Positions 54,116 through 63,945 are shown, numbered from the stretch's first letter. The stretch: 64,000 nucleotides of DNA from an uncultured Acidobacteriota bacterium (GCA_963836075.1 CAWIIB010000009.1:3170602-3234601), one strand, 5' to 3'. The notes: a model not told the origin generated them from the letters alone. Numbers and translations: made by a program.

Positions 54116-54635
54116 GTTTCGCGAGCTCCTTGGCAACCTGGTCGGCGAGGAGCAGCGTCTCGTCGGCCAGCGGGTGGTCCGGATAGAAAAGCACTACCTT
54201 ATTCAACACTTCGGCCGCTTCAGCCGGACGGTCCAGCGGGCCGTGGAGCAGGAGGCCCAGGTCGATGAGCAGTCGTGGTATGGCTGCGGATCCCGGGTGG
54301 GCCTGGATGGCGTCCAGCAGGGCAGCGCCGGCAGCCGCATGGTTTCCCAGCGACTGTTCCAATTCCACCAGGCGCAGGCGAGCGTCCAGGCTGCTTTCAG
54401 GGTCGGTTCGGTCGTCAATAATAATATTCAGCAGTTTCCGTGCCTGCTCGGAGGCGGTTACTCCGTCCCTGACACGGTGCAGAAGTGTGTCAACCTTCTC
54501 CAGTGCGGCCTCGGGGTGCCGGCGCACATCCTCCTGGTCGAGGGTGCCAGCTGGGCCGGTGGTGGAGCGGGTGATGAGCAGGATGGCCAGGGCGGCGACC
54601 ATCAGGAACAGGAGAAGGGCTGCGATGCGATTCAT
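54108..54635 (-). CDS. Membrane-anchored TPR-like protein
   Basis: ORF track 175 aa. N-terminal anchor MNRIAALLLFLMVAALAILLI followed by helical-repeat sequence. GAGG 9 nt upstream. Confidence 0.65.
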   Translation of the reverse strand: MNRIAALLLFLMVAALAILLITRSTTGPAGTLDQEDVRRHPEAALEKVDTLLHRVRDGVTASEQARKLLNIIIDDRTDPESSLDARLRLVELEQSLGNHAAAGAALLDAIQAHPGSAAIPRLLIDLGLLLHGPLDRPAEAAEVLNKVVLFYPDHPLADETLLLADQVAKELAKHE

Positions 54636-54645
54636 GGTTTTTGCC

Positions 54646-55179
54646 TCAGAGGTCCAGCGGGCGTTGAGTATCTCCGCGGCGACGGGTCTGTTTGAACCGG
54701 CGCAGGTCTTCGGGGATGTTCCGTCGGCGGTCGAAAAGCGTTCCGTCGAGCAGGGACGGTGCCGGCCTCTCCTCGCCGGTCAATGCGGCACCGTACACGG
54801 CGGAGCCGGCTGGGGCGTGCGCCGGCCCCGGCCGCCAGAACTCCAGTGCGGTCTGCAGGCCCACCACCAGCAGCGCGGTGGCCGCGGCGGTGAGCAGGGT
54901 CCGGGTCAGCAGGCCCACTCGACGGATCGGGATCACCGGGGCCGCGGCCACTTTTCTCGACGATTCGGCCGCCCGGGCCATCACCGTGGTGTGAAACCCC
55001 GCCCCGGGCTCGACGTCCGCATGGGTGCGGAGCAGGCGCAGCGATTCGAAGAGTTCGCTCTCCTCCTCGAGACAGCGGTCGCAGCCGGCCAGGTGGGCGT
55101 GGACCGCACGTTGCTCGTCGCGGTGCAGGTCTCCGAGCACCGCGGCGGCCAGAAGTTCGCTTGCCTCGTTGCAGTTCAT
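54646..55179 (-). CDS. Anti-sigma factor (zf-HC2 type, single-pass membrane)
   Basis: MNCNEASELLAAAVLGDL..HAHLAGCDRC motif with one central TM helix (LLTRTLLTAAATALLVVGL). It lies directly downstream of the ECF sigma gene. Confidence 0.8.
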   Translation of the reverse strand: MNCNEASELLAAAVLGDLHRDEQRAVHAHLAGCDRCLEEESELFESLRLLRTHADVEPGAGFHTTVMARAAESSRKVAAAPVIPIRRVGLLTRTLLTAAATALLVVGLQTALEFWRPGPAHAPAGSAVYGAALTGEERPAPSLLDGTLFDRRRNIPEDLRRFKQTRRRGDTQRPLDL

Positions 55180-55183
55180 GATC

Positions 55184-55756
55184 TTACTCCTCGATGTTCT
55201 TTCCCAGCAGCCCGCATTCTTTGAGCCGGCGGCGAAGCAGGGCCAGCCCCTTGTGCATTCTCACCCGTGCCGCGCCTTCGCTGCAGCCCACCACTGAGGC
55301 GATCTCCGCGTAGGTCAACTCCCGTTGGGAGCGCAGGACCAGCACCGGACGATACGTCTCGGGCAGGGTGTCGATCTCCTGCTGGACGCGCCGGGTGAGA
55401 TCGCTGTGGATCGCCGCCATTTCCGGGGTCACTTCCGGCCGGTCCTGGCAGGGTTGTTCCGTTTCGTCCATAGCGGTTGTCCGGCTGCTGATCCAGGACC
55501 GGCGGGCATCCACAAACAGGCGGTAGGCGATGGTGTAGAGCCAGGTGGTGAAGCGGCCAACCGGGCGGTAGCGTTCGCATGATTCGTAAACCCGGAGGAA
55601 CGTTTCCTGGGCCAGGTCCTCGGCCGTGTCCCTGCTCCCGCTGAGCCGGGTGAGAAAGCCAACCAGCCCGCGCTGGTGGCGCAGGACGATGGCCGAAAGC
55701 GCCTCCATGTCCCCGCCGCTCATCCGGCTCATCAACTGGTTGTCTGACGCGGCCAT
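55184..55756 (-). CDS. ECF-type RNA polymerase sigma factor
   Basis: ORF track 190 aa. Region 2 DTAEDLAQETFLRVYE..FTTWLYTIAYR. Region 4 LTYAEIASVVGCSEGAARVRMHKG. Confidence 0.9.
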   Translation of the reverse strand: MAASDNQLMSRMSGGDMEALSAIVLRHQRGLVGFLTRLSGSRDTAEDLAQETFLRVYESCERYRPVGRFTTWLYTIAYRLFVDARRSWISSRTTAMDETEQPCQDRPEVTPEMAAIHSDLTRRVQQEIDTLPETYRPVLVLRSQRELTYAEIASVVGCSEGAARVRMHKGLALLRRRLKECGLLGKNIEE

Positions 55757-55784
55757 TGATCACCCTCTGCTGTTGTTCACAGGG

Positions 55785-55812
55785 TACACGATTGGCAATG
55801 CCGCTGCGTTAC
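55785..55812 (-). promoter_or_regulatory. Candidate ECF-type autoregulated promoter
   Basis: The minus strand reads GTAACG (55812-55807), 16-nt spacer, CGTGTA (55790-55785). This fits the AAC..CGT pattern typical of ECF promoters. It lies about 30 nt upstream of the ATG. Confidence 0.35.
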
Positions 55813-55821
55813 GAATTTTTT

Positions 55822-55921
55822 GAGGGACAGGTGCTGTCTACATGAGCATAGTTGTCGGGAGATCACGGGCCGGGATGGGAAAGGGTGACAGGAATGCTTG
55901 TGCAGACAGCACCTGTCCCTC
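55822..55921. repeat. Perfect 18-bp inverted repeat with a 64-nt spacer
   Basis: gagggacaggtgctgtct (55822-55839) and agacagcacctgtccctc (55904-55921). Pairing extends partially inward (catgagcat / atgcttgtg). Confidence 0.85.
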
Positions 55922-55963
55922 ATTTAAATCGTTGTCTTTCAAAGTTTAAGCTGGATCGGGGGC

Positions 55964-55980
55964 GGGCGGGATGCCCGCCC
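55964..55980 (-). terminator. Short GC hairpin after the M20 dipeptidase gene (weak terminator candidate)
   Basis: gggcggg-atg-cccgccc, with no U-tract. Confidence 0.2.
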
Positions 55981-55994
55981 CCGGGGGGCTCAGG

Positions 55995-57383
55995 TCAGCC
56001 GGCGAGTTCGTTGAAGTAGTGGGCCGAGGCCTCGATGCCGGTGAAGAAGTTGGGCAGGTGGAGCTTTTCGTTGGGGGCGTGAAGGTTTTCGTCGGGGACG
56101 CCAAAACCCATCAGCACCGTGGGGGCGCCGAGGATCTTCTGGAAGTCGGCGACGATGGGGATCGAACCGCCCTCACGGGTGGTGAGCACCTTTTTGCCGA
56201 AAGCCTTTTTCAGTGCCCGCATGGCCGCCTGGGTGGCCGGATTGTCCAGCGGGGTCATTGCAGGGTCTCCGCCGTGGAGGTCCAGCACCTCGATGCGCAC
56301 CGAGCGCGGGGCGAGCTTTTTCACATGCTGAGTGAACAGCCGGGCGATCTTCTTCGGGTCCTGGTTGGGCACCAGCCGCATACTGATCTTGGCCATCGCT
56401 TTCGAGGCGATCACCGTTTTGGCCCCCTTGCCCTCATAGCCGCCGGAGATGCCGTTGACGTCGAGGGTGGGGCGGGCCGACTGCCGCTCGGCGGCGGTGT
56501 AGCCCTGCTCGCCGGCCAGTTCCCGCACGTCCAGCTGCCGCTTGAACGAGGTGTCGGTCACCCGGAGGGCGGCGTACGCCTTCCGCTCGGCGGCGGTAAG
56601 CTTGATCACGTCGTCGTAGAAGCCGGGGATGGCCACCCGGCCCCGGGCATCGGTCAGCCGGGCCACGATATCGCACAGCACGTTGATCGGGTTGGCCGCG
56701 ATGCCGCCAAAAGTGCCGGAGTGCAGGTCGCTGTTCGGGCCGGTGATGCGCAGCTCCATGAAAGACAGGCCGCGGAGACCATAGCAGATGGACGGCTTGC
56801 CGTAGTCGAACATCGGTGTGTCGGAGACCACCACCGAGTCGGCCTTGAGCAGGTTGCGGTGCTTCTTCATCAGCGGCACGAGATTGGGACTGCCGATCTC
56901 CTCCTCGCCCTCGAAGATGAACTTCACGTTCACCGGCAGCTTGCCGTTGACCTTGAGGTGCGCCTCCACCGCCAGCAGGTGGATGAAGAGCTGGCCCTTG
57001 TCGTCCGCGGCACCCCGGGCGTAGAGGTCCTTGGCCCCCTTGACCTTGTTCGAGGGGCGGACGTCGGGCTCGAAGGGCGGCGTTTTCCAGAGATTCAGCG
57101 GGTCCACCGGCTGGACGTCGTAGTGCCCGTAGACCAGCACGGTGGGCTGGTCCTTGCCCGCCTTGCACCACTCGCCATAGACCGCCGGGTGGCCGCCGGT
57201 GGCCATCACCTTCACCCCGAAGAGGCCGGCCTTCTTCATCCGCGCGGCGAGGTGTTTCGCCGCCGTCTTCATGTCCTTCCTGTGTTCCTTCTCCGAGGAG
57301 ATGCTGGGGATCTTGAGCAGTTCCACCAGTTCAGCGAGATATTCCCCCTGGTGGGAACGAACGTATTCCAGAACCTTGTCCAT
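55995..57383 (-). CDS. M20 family metallo-dipeptidase
   Basis: ORF track 462 aa. Motifs VLVYGHYDVQPVDPLNLWKTPPFEP, LYARGAADDKGQ and FEGEEEIGS. RBS GGAGGG. Confidence 0.85.
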   Translation of the reverse strand: MDKVLEYVRSHQGEYLAELVELLKIPSISSEKEHRKDMKTAAKHLAARMKKAGLFGVKVMATGGHPAVYGEWCKAGKDQPTVLVYGHYDVQPVDPLNLWKTPPFEPDVRPSNKVKGAKDLYARGAADDKGQLFIHLLAVEAHLKVNGKLPVNVKFIFEGEEEIGSPNLVPLMKKHRNLLKADSVVVSDTPMFDYGKPSICYGLRGLSFMELRITGPNSDLHSGTFGGIAANPINVLCDIVARLTDARGRVAIPGFYDDVIKLTAAERKAYAALRVTDTSFKRQLDVRELAGEQGYTAAERQSARPTLDVNGISGGYEGKGAKTVIASKAMAKISMRLVPNQDPKKIARLFTQHVKKLAPRSVRIEVLDLHGGDPAMTPLDNPATQAAMRALKKAFGKKVLTTREGGSIPIVADFQKILGAPTVLMGFGVPDENLHAPNEKLHLPNFFTGIEASAHYFNELAG

Positions 57384-57403
57384 GGCTGCCCTCCGCTGTT
57401 TCT

Positions 57404-59098
57404 CTAGTCAAGTTCGTAGTGCGGGTCGATGTCCACCGGCACGTCGTTCAACCGGGCCAGGGCCGCCTCGACGGTTGGCGGCACACTGCCGTATGTTTTC
57501 ATGAATGCCGCGGCGCCTTCGTAGTCGCCTTCCGCCTGCAGGGTCAGCAGGGCGGTGGCCAGCTTGCTGAAACCATCGGCCACCGTCTCCTGGTTGACGC
57601 CAAACCGTCCGCTGGCCTCGTCAAAATAGTACCCCCCGTGCTCCAGCATGAAGTTGAGGATCATGATGTTCGCCTTGCCGTGGGCTGCCCCCACGCCAAA
57701 GCGGATGGAGCGGAAGATGCCGCCGAGAAAGGTGATATAGGCTTTCTCGGCCCGCTCCGCGGCCAGTTCGCCCTGGTCCACCAGGTACTGGATGTTGTAG
57801 ACACCCAGCGTGTCGGCCTTGGCTTCCTCCATCCCGGAGTACAGTTCCTTGAACTCCTTGGCCACAGTGGTCTGCCGGCCCTCGATGGTCAGGTTTCCCG
57901 GCCCGAGACCGTGGGAGACCTCGTGCAGCAGGGTGTGGTTGAAGAAGGCCTCGAAGTCGGTCTGCTCGGCCAGCCCCTCCTCAAGCACCACCCTGGCGAT
58001 GGGGATGTAGATTTTTTCGTACTTCGCCTGCAGCACGTTCTTCAGCATCACCTTTTTCGAGCCCTTGGCCTCCCGCACCCGCTCGTCGTTGGGCAGGTTG
58101 AAGGCCAGGGTCTGCACCCCGGCGCGGGTGTCGCCGGCGCTGATCGCCACGTCCACCACCGAGATGGGTGACTCGGTGCCGCGGTTGAAGTTTTTATACT
58201 CGTCGGGGATCGGCAGGTTGCGCTCCATGGCCGGCAGGTGCCCCTTGATCGAGTCCAGACGGGCGCTCTCCACCGGGTCGCGGAGGCAGATAAAGGCCTC
58301 GAAGGCCGCCTTGAAGTTGAAGAGGTTGTCCTCGTAGACCTCGTAGGGCCCGATGGTGACGTCGATCAGGTTGTCGCTGATGTCCATCCAGTCCATGTCG
58401 CTCTGGTAGTAGTCGTTGGACAGGAATGCGTCGGCGCGGCTGATCAGAAAAGTGCGCAAGGAGTCGTTGTCGGTAAGCTCTGCTGCCCGGCGCAGGTGGG
58501 CGGCGGCCTTTTCCAGCTCGGGGCGGTAGAACTCCGAGTAGGGGATGGCCTGCAGGGCACCGTTCTCGCGGCGAATCACGGTGAAGGTGTTCTCCAGCGC
58601 GTCGCGGTCCTCGGGGTGCCCGGTGATCCAGTCCTCGAACTCCTCCCTGGTCATGTCTTCGGGATAGAAGTTTGCCCCCTTGGGCTTTGCGGCGTCGCCG
58701 ATAAACGGGGTATCCTCCTCCAGGCGGTCGAAGGGGCCGTAGTTGATGCGGAAAAAGTCGCGCAGCACAGCGTTATCCGGTCCGCTGCCCGCCGCCAGCT
58801 TGTCGCGGATTTCAGCGTTGCGGCTGTAGACCTGACCGAAGAAGATCCCGTCGATCACCTTGGCTGCAGCCACCAGCTCGTCCAGCACGGCACGCTGGTT
58901 TTCGTCCAGCAGGTCCAGGTTGCATTCCATGTCATGGCGGGCGTACTTGGCCAGTTGCTGGCGGGCATAATCCACCTTGGCCAGCGGTTCCGGGCCCGGG
59001 GACGCGTCCTGCTCCCGGGGCCCGGAACAACCGGCGGCCAGGGCCAGGCCGGCCAGGCTGAGGAAGAGCAGCACGAGCTGCAGTGTGGGGATACGCAT
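57404..59098 (-). CDS. Zn-metallopeptidase lipoprotein, DPP III (M49)-like
   Basis: Motif LLHEVSHGLGPG followed by MEEAKADTLG. ATG 59098 follows AGGAGGAG, and the N-terminus MRIPTLQLVLLFLSLAGLALAAGC is a lipoprotein signal. The track starts at 59179. Confidence 0.7.
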   Translation of the reverse strand: MRIPTLQLVLLFLSLAGLALAAGCSGPREQDASPGPEPLAKVDYARQQLAKYARHDMECNLDLLDENQRAVLDELVAAAKVIDGIFFGQVYSRNAEIRDKLAAGSGPDNAVLRDFFRINYGPFDRLEEDTPFIGDAAKPKGANFYPEDMTREEFEDWITGHPEDRDALENTFTVIRRENGALQAIPYSEFYRPELEKAAAHLRRAAELTDNDSLRTFLISRADAFLSNDYYQSDMDWMDISDNLIDVTIGPYEVYEDNLFNFKAAFEAFICLRDPVESARLDSIKGHLPAMERNLPIPDEYKNFNRGTESPISVVDVAISAGDTRAGVQTLAFNLPNDERVREAKGSKKVMLKNVLQAKYEKIYIPIARVVLEEGLAEQTDFEAFFNHTLLHEVSHGLGPGNLTIEGRQTTVAKEFKELYSGMEEAKADTLGVYNIQYLVDQGELAAERAEKAYITFLGGIFRSIRFGVGAAHGKANIMILNFMLEHGGYYFDEASGRFGVNQETVADGFSKLATALLTLQAEGDYEGAAAFMKTYGSVPPTVEAALARLNDVPVDIDPHYELD

Positions 59099-59450
59099 GG
59101 AAACTCCTCCTGATGATCGGTGCCGGGCGGCAACCAGAGGTGGCCGCGCTGATCCGGCGGGGTATGGGTAAAGCCTCACCGTAGCTGTTGACGACAGAAA
59201 CGGTATTATAGGGTATATCGTTCGATGAGCGAAGCGGGCGCAGATCCCCGGCGGTGTGAAGAAAGGTGTCCTTTGCAGAGGACGATCCGTGGTGCCTCCG
59301 CGGGGGTTCCCCTGGCTATTGCGTCTGTTTTCTTCAATCCCGGAGCCTGGGCTTCAGGCGGCACGGTGTTTGCTTTACAGGTGGGTGGTTACCGTCTTTC
59401 ATGGCCATGCAGGTCCGTGATATTGATAGAGTCAAGAGGAGGAACAGCCG

Positions 59451-60287
59451 ATGAACGGTCAGCAGCGACAGAGGTGGATGATGCGGGTGGCGGGAATGGC
59501 AATGGTCGTGCTGGCCGCCGGTCTCTGCGGAGGAACAGCCGTTGCCGGACTCGAGTCGGGGCCGGGGGTCTGGTTCGACGCCGGCTTTGGCTGGGGCACC
59601 ATGGGGGATTCGATGTATTCCAGCGCCCGCTGGCGTGACGGGGCGCTGGTCAACGTGGAGGAATACTGGGATCTGCGGTTCAGCGGGGGAGCCGGCCCGG
59701 CCTTCGGTGCGGCGTTGTTCTACCGCTTCAACCCCTGGCTGAGCCTCGAGCTGGAGGGCCGGGGCCTCTACTCCTACCCCAGCATCAGTACCGAGTACAA
59801 CATTTACTGGGACTGGGACGACGGCCGGTCACTCTGGAACGCCTACCGCGGCTACCGCTACGAAAACCCGCGGATGCGGTCCCTGGTGGGCAGCCTCAAC
59901 CTGGTGACCCACCTCACCGACCACGGGCCGCTGCGGCCGTATCTCAGCTTCGGCTTCTCGGCCTTTGACACGCAGATCCGGGGGAGTTACGACACGGCTT
60001 ACGCCTACACCTACTCCAGCGGCGACTACCAGTATCTCGACTTCGAATACCCGGTGATCGATTTCGGGGCCGACACCAGTTCGGTGGGCTTCAACGCCGG
60101 AGTGGGCGGAGACATCCAGATCAACCGCCGGATGGCGGTCACCTTCATGGTCAAATACTACTACTCGGAGAGGAAGGACGTGAACCTGCGGGTGGTGGGG
60201 GGTGTCTATCCCGAACTGGACAACTTCGTCATGAGGGTGGATCCCTCGTTCTGGATCACCACCGGCGGGATCAAGTTCATGTTCTGA
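59451..60287 (+). CDS. Outer-membrane beta-barrel protein
   Basis: ORF track 278 aa. RBS AAGAGGAGG. Signal peptide, alternating aromatic/hydrophobic strands, and a C-terminus ..GGIKFMF ending in Phe. Confidence 0.75.
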   Translation: MNGQQRQRWMMRVAGMAMVVLAAGLCGGTAVAGLESGPGVWFDAGFGWGTMGDSMYSSARWRDGALVNVEEYWDLRFSGGAGPAFGAALFYRFNPWLSLELEGRGLYSYPSISTEYNIYWDWDDGRSLWNAYRGYRYENPRMRSLVGSLNLVTHLTDHGPLRPYLSFGFSAFDTQIRGSYDTAYAYTYSSGDYQYLDFEYPVIDFGADTSSVGFNAGVGGDIQINRRMAVTFMVKYYYSERKDVNLRVVGGVYPELDNFVMRVDPSFWITTGGIKFMF

Positions 60288-60299
60288 CGGCGGGAGCCG

Positions 60300-60539
60300 C
60301 TACTGCTCTTCCTCGGGGACGACGATCAGACGGTATCCCGGGATCTTCACCTCTTCCACCTTGCAGCTGGTGCTGTCACTGCTCTCGGGGACGCGTTTGT
60401 TCTTGCGGCACCCCTGGAACGCCGCCCCGGCGTTGGTGCCGACCTCCAGGCTCCAGCAGGAATAGGGGCCCATGTGGGAGACCAGGAACAGTTTCAGGTC
60501 CTCTTTGCCGTCCGCAGCCTGTTTTTCGCTGTTGCTCAT
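60300..60539 (-). CDS. Hypothetical small protein (79 aa, 3 Cys)
   Basis: ORF track only. It lies co-directionally downstream of nifS-iscU. The SD is weak (GAGG 14 nt upstream). No recognisable motif. Confidence 0.35.
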   Translation of the reverse strand: MSNSEKQAADGKEDLKLFLVSHMGPYSCWSLEVGTNAGAAFQGCRKNKRVPESSDSTSCKVEEVKIPGYRLIVVPEEEQ

Positions 60540-60602
60540 GACCAGATAATACCTCTCGGGAAATGATGAGCGCCCCGGTGCCCGCAGGACCGGGGCCGCC
60601 GG

Positions 60603-60989
60603 TCAGCTGTTGTCTGCCTTGGCCTGCTTGTCCCGGTAGTTCTCGATGGCCGCCTTGAGCGCGTCCTCAGCCAGCACCGAGCAGTGCAGTTTCACCGGAG
60701 GCAGTCCGTCCAGGGCTTCAGCCACCGCCTTGTTGGAGATGGTCAACGCCTCGTCGACAGTTTTGCCCACCACCATTTCGGTGAGGATCGAGCTGGTGGC
60801 GATGGCTGCCCCGCAGCCGAAGGTTTTGAATTTGGCGGCGGTGATCACGTCGTTCTCGATCCGGATGGACAGTTTCATCACGTCGCCGCAGGCCGGGTTG
60901 CCCACGGTACCGATGCCGTCGGCGTTCTCAATGATCCCCACGTTGCGGGGGTTTTCGTAGTGGTCAACTACCTTGTCGCTGTATTCCAT
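60603..60989 (-). CDS. iscU: Fe-S cluster scaffold protein IscU/NifU N-terminal type
   Basis: Motif VVDHYENPRNVG..GNPACGDVMKL..KFKTFGCGAAIATSS..LPPVKLHCSVLAEDAL. Confidence 0.95.
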   Translation of the reverse strand: MEYSDKVVDHYENPRNVGIIENADGIGTVGNPACGDVMKLSIRIENDVITAAKFKTFGCGAAIATSSILTEMVVGKTVDEALTISNKAVAEALDGLPPVKLHCSVLAEDALKAAIENYRDKQAKADNS

Positions 60990-61044
60990 GATTCCTTCTC
61001 TACTTTATACAGGTGTGTTGCAATTCAGTTCCGGGCGCCGAATG

Positions 61045-62199
61045 TCAGTCGGCCAGTGGTGACATGGCCCGCAGCCGGGTCAGGGCGGCGCTCAGTTCCT
61101 CGACCAGCCGGTCCACCTGCGCCTCGGTGTTGCTGTGGCCGAGACCGAACCGGATGGAGCAGTGGGCCATCACCTCCTCGATTCCAGTGGCCATCAGCAC
61201 GTAGGATGCCTGCAGCGACTCCGAGGTGCATGCCGAACCGGAAGAAAGGGCGAACCCCTTGAGGGCCATCATGATCGACTCGCCCTCGACGTGGTCGAAA
61301 CTCAGGTTCAGGTTGCCGGGCAGCCGTTTCTCCGGGTGGCCGTTGAGATGCACACCATCGACCTTCCCGATTATCCCCTTGTGCAGCCTGTCGCGCAAGG
61401 CGGAAAGACGTCTACCTTCTTCGTCCATCTCTTCGCCGGCCAGCCGGCAGGCCGCACCGAGACCGACGATCCCCGGCACGTTTTCCGTGCCCGAGCGCAG
61501 TCTTCGCTCCTGCCCTCCGCCATGGGTCAGGGGGACCAGGCGGTTCTTGCCCCGGAGGTAGAGTGCGCCCACACCCTTGGGCCCATACATCTTGTGGCCG
61601 GAAAGCGAGAGCAGGTCGGCGTTGATCTCGTCGACGTTGATCGGGATCTTGCCCACCGCCTGGACCGCGTCGGTGTGGAAGAGGATGCCCTGCTCCCTGG
61701 TGATTGCACCGATCTCGGCGACGGGCATGATGGTGCCCACTTCGCTGTTCGCCGCCTGGATGCTGACCAGGATGGTCTCGGGGCGGATCGCCGCCTTCAC
61801 CGCTGCCGGATCAACCATGCCAAAATTGTCCACCGGCAGAACGGTCACCTCGAAATCAGACTTCTCCAGAAAGGAGCAGGGATCGAGAATGGCCTTGTGC
61901 TCCACGACACTGGTGATGATGTGGTTGCCTTTTTTCCGCAACCGCTGCGCAATACCTTTCACCGCCAGATTGTCCGATTCTGTGGCGCCGCTGGTGAAGA
62001 TGATTTCCCTGGGCTCGGCCCCGATCAACTGTGCCACTTCACCGCGCGCTTTTTCTACCGCTTTGCGGGCATACCGGCCCACCCGGTGGGTGGAGCTGGA
62101 CGCATTGCCGAAGTGCTCGGTGAGAAAGGGCATCATCTCCTCGAGTACCCGCGGGTCAAGGGGTGTGGTGGCGTGGTGGTCCATGTAAACCATATCCAT
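61045..62199 (-). CDS. nifS: Cysteine desulfurase (NifS/IscS class)
   Basis: Motifs MDHHATTPLDPRV, IIFTSGATESDN, SGHKMYGPKG and active-site SSGSACTS. ATG 62199 follows GAGGAA; the track starts at 62316. Confidence 0.9.
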   Translation of the reverse strand: MDMVYMDHHATTPLDPRVLEEMMPFLTEHFGNASSSTHRVGRYARKAVEKARGEVAQLIGAEPREIIFTSGATESDNLAVKGIAQRLRKKGNHIITSVVEHKAILDPCSFLEKSDFEVTVLPVDNFGMVDPAAVKAAIRPETILVSIQAANSEVGTIMPVAEIGAITREQGILFHTDAVQAVGKIPINVDEINADLLSLSGHKMYGPKGVGALYLRGKNRLVPLTHGGGQERRLRSGTENVPGIVGLGAACRLAGEEMDEEGRRLSALRDRLHKGIIGKVDGVHLNGHPEKRLPGNLNLSFDHVEGESIMMALKGFALSSGSACTSESLQASYVLMATGIEEVMAHCSIRFGLGHSNTEAQVDRLVEELSAALTRLRAMSPLAD

Positions 62200-62453
62200 G
62201 ATCAATTCCTCTGCATCCGCCGCAAACCTTCCGGACCCCCTGGTGCGGAAGATTGCCGGCAGAACAAAAGCCTGCCGGGGGCGATCCCGCCAGGCTCGAT
62301 GCTCACCATGTATCATGCCGATAATCGACCAATATTATGGGAGATAGGACGGTTGGTGTCAAGTGGCGTTGCAATTGAGATCATTGATATTACACTATGC
62401 AGACCTGAGTCGGCTGCCCGACGGCGGCCTGGACATGTCAAGGAGACAAAACT

Positions 62454-63698
<1,245 letters not shown>

Positions 63699-63727
63699 TC
63701 AGCGCTCGTCGGTGACCGGAATTCCTG

Positions 63728-63766
63728 TCTGCCGGCCGGCCGGCCGGGCAGGGGCAGCCTTTTCTT
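63728..63766 (+). terminator. Candidate intrinsic terminator after glyA
   Basis: GC-rich hairpin ctgccggcc..ggccgggcag (63728-63752) followed by ggggcagccttttctt. Confidence 0.4.
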
Positions 63767-63794
63767 GCCAAAGCGGATCTTATTCATATATATT
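63765..63794 (+). promoter_or_regulatory. Candidate sigma70 promoter for the last (partial) gene
   Basis: TTGCCA (63765-63770), 18-nt spacer, TATATT (63789-63794), in a local AT-rich patch. It implies a leader of about 145 nt. Confidence 0.35.
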
Positions 63795-63945
63795 TAGGGG
63801 TATATGGTGCGCCTCCAGGGGAGGCGTGTCCGTCCGGGACCGGAGGATCCTTCCACCGGTGGCCGGCTCCTGATCCCCTGAAGTGCGATCCGGGGGGCTT
63901 TGGGGAGCCCCTCAATCCTGTGCCCACAATCTGGAGGAACGACAC

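Noticed and set aside
59188-59219. A promoter call from TTGACG (59188-59193) plus nearby TATTAT / TATATC, and a shared AGGGTATAT motif with 63796-63807.
   Set aside because: Spacer lengths (10 or 20 nt) do not fit a sigma70 promoter, and the shared motif is only about 8 nt long.
62200-62453. Possible ZTP (pfl) or other folate-related riboswitch upstream of glyA, because of the ggcggcctggaca segment.
   Set aside because: The conserved cores as I recall them (GGGUCGUGACUGGCG and CCGCCUGGGCA) are not matched. The resemblance is a few nucleotides in GC-rich DNA. An Infernal scan would be needed to revisit this.
63800-63945. Possible cobalamin or c-di-GMP riboswitch in the leader of the last gene.
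   Set aside because: No B12 box / GCCACUG-like element or GEMM consensus could be found by eye.
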